Below are positions 59,507 to 64,000 of a stretch of DNA of 64,000 bases, in pieces; the stretch's first letter is position 1; each line of letters opens with the position of its first letter. The stretch comes from Candidatus Methylomirabilia bacterium. GTDB taxonomy: Bacteria; Methylomirabilota; Methylomirabilia; Rokubacteriales; CSP1-6. The stretch spans positions 1 through 64,000 of the forward strand of contig JBGPXN010000003.1 in NCBI GenBank assembly GCA_041492755.1. Reading direction: 5' to 3'. The notes below the pieces were generated by a model. The model was not told the origin of the DNA. It saw only the letters and a list, made by a program, of their open reading frames with translations, and did no database searches. A program made the position numbers and the translations under genes.

Positions 59507-62066
59507 GCCGGCCAGCCTCACGCCGATGATGCGGCAGTACCGCGAGCTCAAGCAGCGGTATCCCGACTACTTCCTGCTCTTCCGTCTCGGCGATTTCTAC
59601 GAGCTGTTCTTCGAGGACGCCGAAGCCGGCGCACGGCTGCTCTCGATCACGCTGACCTCGCGCCAGGGCGCGCCCATGGCCGGCATCCCGCACCACGCGG
59701 CCGAGGGCTACATCGCGCGGCTGGTGCAGGCCGGGCGGAAGATCGCGCTCTGCGAGCAGATGGAGGCGCCCGGGCCGGGCAAGAAGCTGTTGCGGAGGGA
59801 CGTGGTGCGGCTCATCACGCCGGGCACGATCACGGACACCGCCTACCTGCCCGGCGCCGCCAACAACTTCCTGCTCGCGGTCGCGCCGGCCCGTGACCTG
59901 CTCGGCGTCGCGCTCGTCGACGTCTCCACCGGCGAGTTCTGGGTGGGGGAGGACGGCGCCGGCGACGACGGCGTGCTCGCCGCCGCATTGCTCCGTCGCC
60001 CCGCCGAAGTCCTGCTGCCCGAGTCGGTGAAGGAGCGGCCGCAGCTCGCGCGCCGGCTCGAAGCCACCGGCGCCACCCTCACCTTCGCGGACGCGGCGGC
60101 GATGCCGCCCCGGCGCGCCGCCGCCGATCTCTGCGCGCACTTCAGCGTGCCGACGCTCGACGCGTACGGACTCGGCGACATGACGGCGGGCCTGCAAGCC
60201 GCCGCGGGCGCGCTGGGCTACTTGCGCGCGACCCAGGGCGAGGCGCTCGGGCACCTCACACGCCTGGCCCGCCTGGCCACCGCCGACGCGATGACCATTG
60301 ACGAGACCGCGGTGGAGACGCTTGAGCTGCTGGACACGCGCGGCGGCCAGCCCCGCGGCTCGTTGCTCGGCGTCCTCAACCAGACCGTCACCCCGATGGG
60401 CGCGCGCCTGCTTCGCCAGTGGCTGCTGCGCCCGCTCCTCGACCCGGACGCCATCGCCGCCCGTCACGACGCGGTCGCGGCGCTGGTGGAAGCGCCCGCG
60501 GCCCGCACGCGCCTGCGCGCTCTGCTGGGCCACGTCGGCGATCTGGAGCGGCTCACGAGCCGCGCCACGCTGGGCGTCGCGCATGCGCGCGATCTCGTCG
60601 GTCTCCGCTCCTGCCTGGCGCCGCTCGACGACGTTCGCGACGCCTGCGCCGGCGTTCCGGCGGCGCTGATCGAGACGGCGCGCGACGATCTCGCCCCGCT
60701 CGACGCGCTCGCCCGGCTGCTTCAAGACGCGCTCGTCGACGAGCCGCCGCTCACGCTGCACGACGGCGGTCTCATTCGCGAGACGTGGAGCGAGCCGCTC
60801 GCGGCCCTCATCGCGGACGCGCGCGAGGCCCGGCGGTGGATCGCCGGGCTCGAGGCGCGCGAGCGCGCGCGCACCGGCATCTCGAGCTTGCGCGTGCGCT
60901 ACAACCGTGTCTTCGGCTACGGCATCGAGGTGACGCACGCCCAGACCGGCCGCGTTCCCGAGGACTACGTGCGGCGCCAGACGCTGACGGGCGCGGAACG
61001 CTACGTCACCGCCGAGCTCAAGGAGGCCGAGGCGCGCGTGCTCGGCGCGGACGAGCGGCGCCGCAAGCTCGAGTACGAGCTGTTCGAGGACGTGCGACGC
61101 CGAGCGGCGGCGGATGCGGCGGCCGTGCTGGCGACCGCGCGGGCGCTCGGGCGGCTCGACGTGCTGGCGGCGCTGGCCGAAGTCGCGCATGCGCGCGGGC
61201 ACGTCCGGCCGGTCGTGGATCGGAGCGATTCGCTCCTGATCGTCGAGGGCCGGCACCCGGTGCTGGAGGCCCGACCCGGCGAGCCGGTGACGCCGAACGA
61301 CCTCGCGCTCGATCGCGAGGCGCGGGTCGTCATCCTCACCGGGCCGAACATGGCCGGCAAGTCGGTCTACCTCCGCCAGGCCGGGCATATCGTGATCCTG
61401 GCCCAGATGGGCGCGTTCGTGCCGGCGCGCGAGGCCCGGCTCGGCGTCGTCGACCGCGTGTTCACGCGCGTGGGCGCCCAGGACAACCTCGGCCGTGGGC
61501 AGAGCACCTTCCTGGTCGAGATGGTCGAGACGGCCAACATCCTGAACAACGTCACGCCGCGCAGCCTCGTCCTGCTCGACGAGGTTGGCCGCGGCACGTC
61601 CACGTTCGACGGCCTGGCCATCGCGTGGGCGGTGGTCGAGGCCCTGCACGACGACACGCGCGGCCCCAAGGTCTTGTTTGCGACCCACTTCCACGAGCTG
61701 ACCCAGCTCGCCCAGCGGCTGGCCGGTGTGCGAAACCTCCACGTCGCGGTCCGGGAGTGGAACGACGAGATCGTCTTTCTTCACAAGGTCCAGCCCGGAA
61801 GTACCGATCGAAGCTATGGAATTCAGGTCGCCCGCCTGGCCGGTCTGCCGGCGGCGGTGATCACCCGAGCCAAGGGATTGCTGGCCGAGCTCGAAGCCTC
61901 TCGCCAGCAGGCCGCCGATCAGAGCGATGCCGAGCAGCTCGGATTGTTCGCGGCCGCCGGTCCCGATCCGCTCGCCACCGAGCTCGCCCAGCTCGACCTC
62001 GCCCACCTCACGCCGCTGGAGGCGCTGAATCTCCTGGCGAAGTGGCAGCAGCGCGTCGCGCGATGA
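59499..62066 (+). CDS. mutS: DNA mismatch repair protein MutS
   Basis: TPMMRQY, GDFYELF, TGPNMAGKS, STFLVEM, DEVGRGTST, SYGIQVA. Confidence 0.98.
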   Translation: MAEPASLTPMMRQYRELKQRYPDYFLLFRLGDFYELFFEDAEAGARLLSITLTSRQGAPMAGIPHHAAEGYIARLVQAGRKIALCEQMEAPGPGKKLLRRDVVRLITPGTITDTAYLPGAANNFLLAVAPARDLLGVALVDVSTGEFWVGEDGAGDDGVLAAALLRRPAEVLLPESVKERPQLARRLEATGATLTFADAAAMPPRRAAADLCAHFSVPTLDAYGLGDMTAGLQAAAGALGYLRATQGEALGHLTRLARLATADAMTIDETAVETLELLDTRGGQPRGSLLGVLNQTVTPMGARLLRQWLLRPLLDPDAIAARHDAVAALVEAPAARTRLRALLGHVGDLERLTSRATLGVAHARDLVGLRSCLAPLDDVRDACAGVPAALIETARDDLAPLDALARLLQDALVDEPPLTLHDGGLIRETWSEPLAALIADAREARRWIAGLEARERARTGISSLRVRYNRVFGYGIEVTHAQTGRVPEDYVRRQTLTGAERYVTAELKEAEARVLGADERRRKLEYELFEDVRRRAAADAAAVLATARALGRLDVLAALAEVAHARGHVRPVVDRSDSLLIVEGRHPVLEARPGEPVTPNDLALDREARVVILTGPNMAGKSVYLRQAGHIVILAQMGAFVPAREARLGVVDRVFTRVGAQDNLGRGQSTFLVEMVETANILNNVTPRSLVLLDEVGRGTSTFDGLAIAWAVVEALHDDTRGPKVLFATHFHELTQLAQRLAGVRNLHVAVREWNDEIVFLHKVQPGSTDRSYGIQVARLAGLPAAVITRAKGLLAELEASRQQAADQSDAEQLGLFAAAGPDPLATELAQLDLAHLTPLEALNLLAKWQQRVAR

Positions 62067-63775
62067 CGAATGCCGTGATCGGCCGAATCCGTCGACTGCC
62101 CGACCACCTGGTCAACAAGATCGCGGCCGGCGAGGTCGTCGAGCGGCCGGCGTCCGTGGTGAAGGAGCTGGTCGAGAACGCGCTCGATGCCGGGGCGCGC
62201 GCGATCACGATCGATCTGCGCGACGGCGGCACCAGCGCGATCCGGGTGACCGATGACGGCGGCGGGATGACGGCGGACGAGCTCGAGCTGGCGCTGGAGC
62301 GCCACGCCACCTCCAAGCTCCCGCGGGACGAAGACCTCGACGCCATCGCGACGCTGGGCTTCCGCGGCGAAGCGTTGCCCGCCATCTGCGCGGTGTCGCG
62401 CTTCACCATTACCACCGCGGTGGGGGGGACCAGTGCGGTGCCGGGCGCGGGCCAGGGCACGCGCGTGGCCGGGGAAGGCGGCACGATCAGCCAGCGGCTC
62501 GCGGTGCCCGCGGTGGGCGGCACCACCGTTGAGGTCGCCGACGTGTTCTTCAACACGCCCGCGCGGCTGAAGTTCTTGAAGTCCGCGGCGACCGAGCTGG
62601 CGATGAGCGTGCGTGCGGTGACGGTGCTCGCGGTCGCGCATTCCGACGTCCAGTTCCGCATGAGCAACAACGGCCGGGCGGTGCTGACCGCGCCCGCCGC
62701 GCGCGATCTCCGCTCGCGCATGGGGGCGCTCTGGGGCCACGACACGGCCGGGCGGCTGCTCGCCGTGGATCACGTCGAGCACGGCGTGGCCATCGCGGGC
62801 CTCGTGAGCCCGCCCGACGTCACCCGTGGGGGCCGCGACGACGTCGTCATCACCGTCAACGGCCGGCCGGTGCGGGACCCGCAGCTCTTCCACGCCGTGC
62901 TCGACGCGTATCGGCCGTTGCTTCCACGCGAGCGATTTCCGCTGACCGGCCTGGGCCTGGTCGTTCCGCCCACCGACGTCGACGTGAACGTGCATCCGAC
63001 GAAGGCATGGGTCCGGTTCCGTCATCCCCGGCTCGTGCACGAGATCCTCGTCGCGGGAGTCGGGACGGCGTTGCGCCGACACGCCGTCGTGCCGGCGGTG
63101 ACGCGCCCGGCCAACGCGCCGCCCCCGGTGACGTTCACCGGGGCGCCCGAGGGCGAGACGCAGCCGCGGCTGTTCGCCGAAGCGCCGGCGGCCTACGTGA
63201 AGACGGCGTTCGGGCGCGTGCTCGGACAGGTCCAGGACACGTTCGTGGTGGCGACGTCCGACGAGGAAGTGTTCTTCGTCGATCAGCACGCCGCCCACGA
63301 GCGCGTGCTGTTCGATCGGCTGCAGCACGACGTGGCCACCGGCGCGCCCGCGTCACAAGAGCTGCTGTTCCCGGAGCCCCTGGAGCTGGCGCCGGCGGAT
63401 CGCGGGCTGCTGGATCGGTGGCGCGATCCGCTGGAGCGTCTGGGGTTCGCGTTCGAGCGCTTCGGGGGCGATGCCGTGGTGCTCCGCGCGGTGCCCGCGC
63501 TGCTCGGCGGCGACGAGCCCCGCCGCGTCGTCCAGGCCGTCGTCGGCGACCTCGGCGGCGCGCGGGCGGGGGAGCCGGCGGTGGACCGTGTGCTCGCGTT
63601 CGTCGCGTGCCGCGCGGCGATCAAGGCCAACACGGTGCTGGAACGCGACGAGATGGAGCGGCTGCTCGCGGATCTCGGCGCCACCACCACCCCGTACTTC
63701 TGCCCCCACGGGCGGCCCACCATGAGCCGGGTCTCGTTGGCCGACGTCCGCCGCGAGGTCAAGCGGTTGTGGTAA
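62063..63775 (+). CDS. mutL: DNA mismatch repair endonuclease MutL
   Basis: [48 protein letters not shown]. Confidence 0.97.
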   Translation: MTNAVIGRIRRLPDHLVNKIAAGEVVERPASVVKELVENALDAGARAITIDLRDGGTSAIRVTDDGGGMTADELELALERHATSKLPRDEDLDAIATLGFRGEALPAICAVSRFTITTAVGGTSAVPGAGQGTRVAGEGGTISQRLAVPAVGGTTVEVADVFFNTPARLKFLKSAATELAMSVRAVTVLAVAHSDVQFRMSNNGRAVLTAPAARDLRSRMGALWGHDTAGRLLAVDHVEHGVAIAGLVSPPDVTRGGRDDVVITVNGRPVRDPQLFHAVLDAYRPLLPRERFPLTGLGLVVPPTDVDVNVHPTKAWVRFRHPRLVHEILVAGVGTALRRHAVVPAVTRPANAPPPVTFTGAPEGETQPRLFAEAPAAYVKTAFGRVLGQVQDTFVVATSDEEVFFVDQHAAHERVLFDRLQHDVATGAPASQELLFPEPLELAPADRGLLDRWRDPLERLGFAFERFGGDAVVLRAVPALLGGDEPRRVVQAVVGDLGGARAGEPAVDRVLAFVACRAAIKANTVLERDEMERLLADLGATTTPYFCPHGRPTMSRVSLADVRREVKRLW

Positions 63776-63794
63776 TGGTAGAGTCAATCGATCG

Positions 63795-64000
63795 ATGAAG
63801 TCCCCACTGCTCGTCATCGCCGGTCCCACCGGTGTCGGCAAGACCGCCACCGCGTTGGCCCTGGCCGGGCGATGGCCCCTCGAGGTCGTCAGCGCCGACT
63901 CCCGCCAGGTCTATCGCGGCATGGACGTCGCCACCGGCAAGCCAACGCACGCGGAACGGCGCTCGGTCCCGCACCATTTGGTGGACGTGGCCGACCCCGA
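63795..64000 (+). CDS. miaA: tRNA dimethylallyltransferase (5' part, truncated by window end)
   Basis: [34 protein letters not shown]; mutL-miaA synteny. Confidence 0.95.
   Translation, partial: MKSPLLVIAGPTGVGKTATALALAGRWPLEVVSADSRQVYRGMDVATGKPTHAERRSVPHHLVDVADP

Noticed and set aside
60419..62062. Long N-terminal extensions in the ORF track (mutL, secA, tlyA, ribD, ribE, lpxB, waaF, cmk, GT2) that look like fusions
   Set aside because: These are R/A/P-rich off-frame readings of the upstream gene. The true starts sit at stop/start overlaps where the conserved domains begin.

Overview
A very GC-rich, gene-dense core-genome region from a diderm (LPS-producing) bacterium. Gene order and the GC-rich palindromic repeats suggest Ca. 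Rokubacteria/Methylomirabilota, which is an unverified inference. About 59 CDSs all lie on the + strand, mostly with overlapping stop/start codons: M16 peptidase, rhomboid, tlyA-nadK-recN, secA, a Cys-rich unknown, smc, rodZ, ftsY, ribD-ribE-ribBA-ribH-nusB, a metallophosphoesterase, lnt-prfB (+1 frameshift)-lysS-lolC/E-lolD, clpC, bamA-skp-lpxD-lpxA-(gnnA-like)-lpxI-lpxB-DUF374-waaA-lpxK, LPS core genes, trpS-scpA-scpB-rluB, pheA-hisC-tyrA-cmk-plsC-rpsA-sppA-ihfB, HIT, mutS-mutL-miaA (partial). I found no tRNA/rRNA, CRISPR array, prophage, transposase or recognisable defence system. The most interesting signals are small. (1) A modular palindromic repeat sits in frame in the N-terminus of ScpB, with a second copy in intergenic DNA. 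(2) A 126-bp element with terminal inverted repeats lies before pheA. (3) A 40-codon ORF with a G10 tract, coupled at both ends, occupies the usual aroA position. (4) Tandem NrdR-box-like sites precede smc. (5) Several promoters look leaderless. (6) A GnnA-like gene hints at diamino-glucose lipid A.
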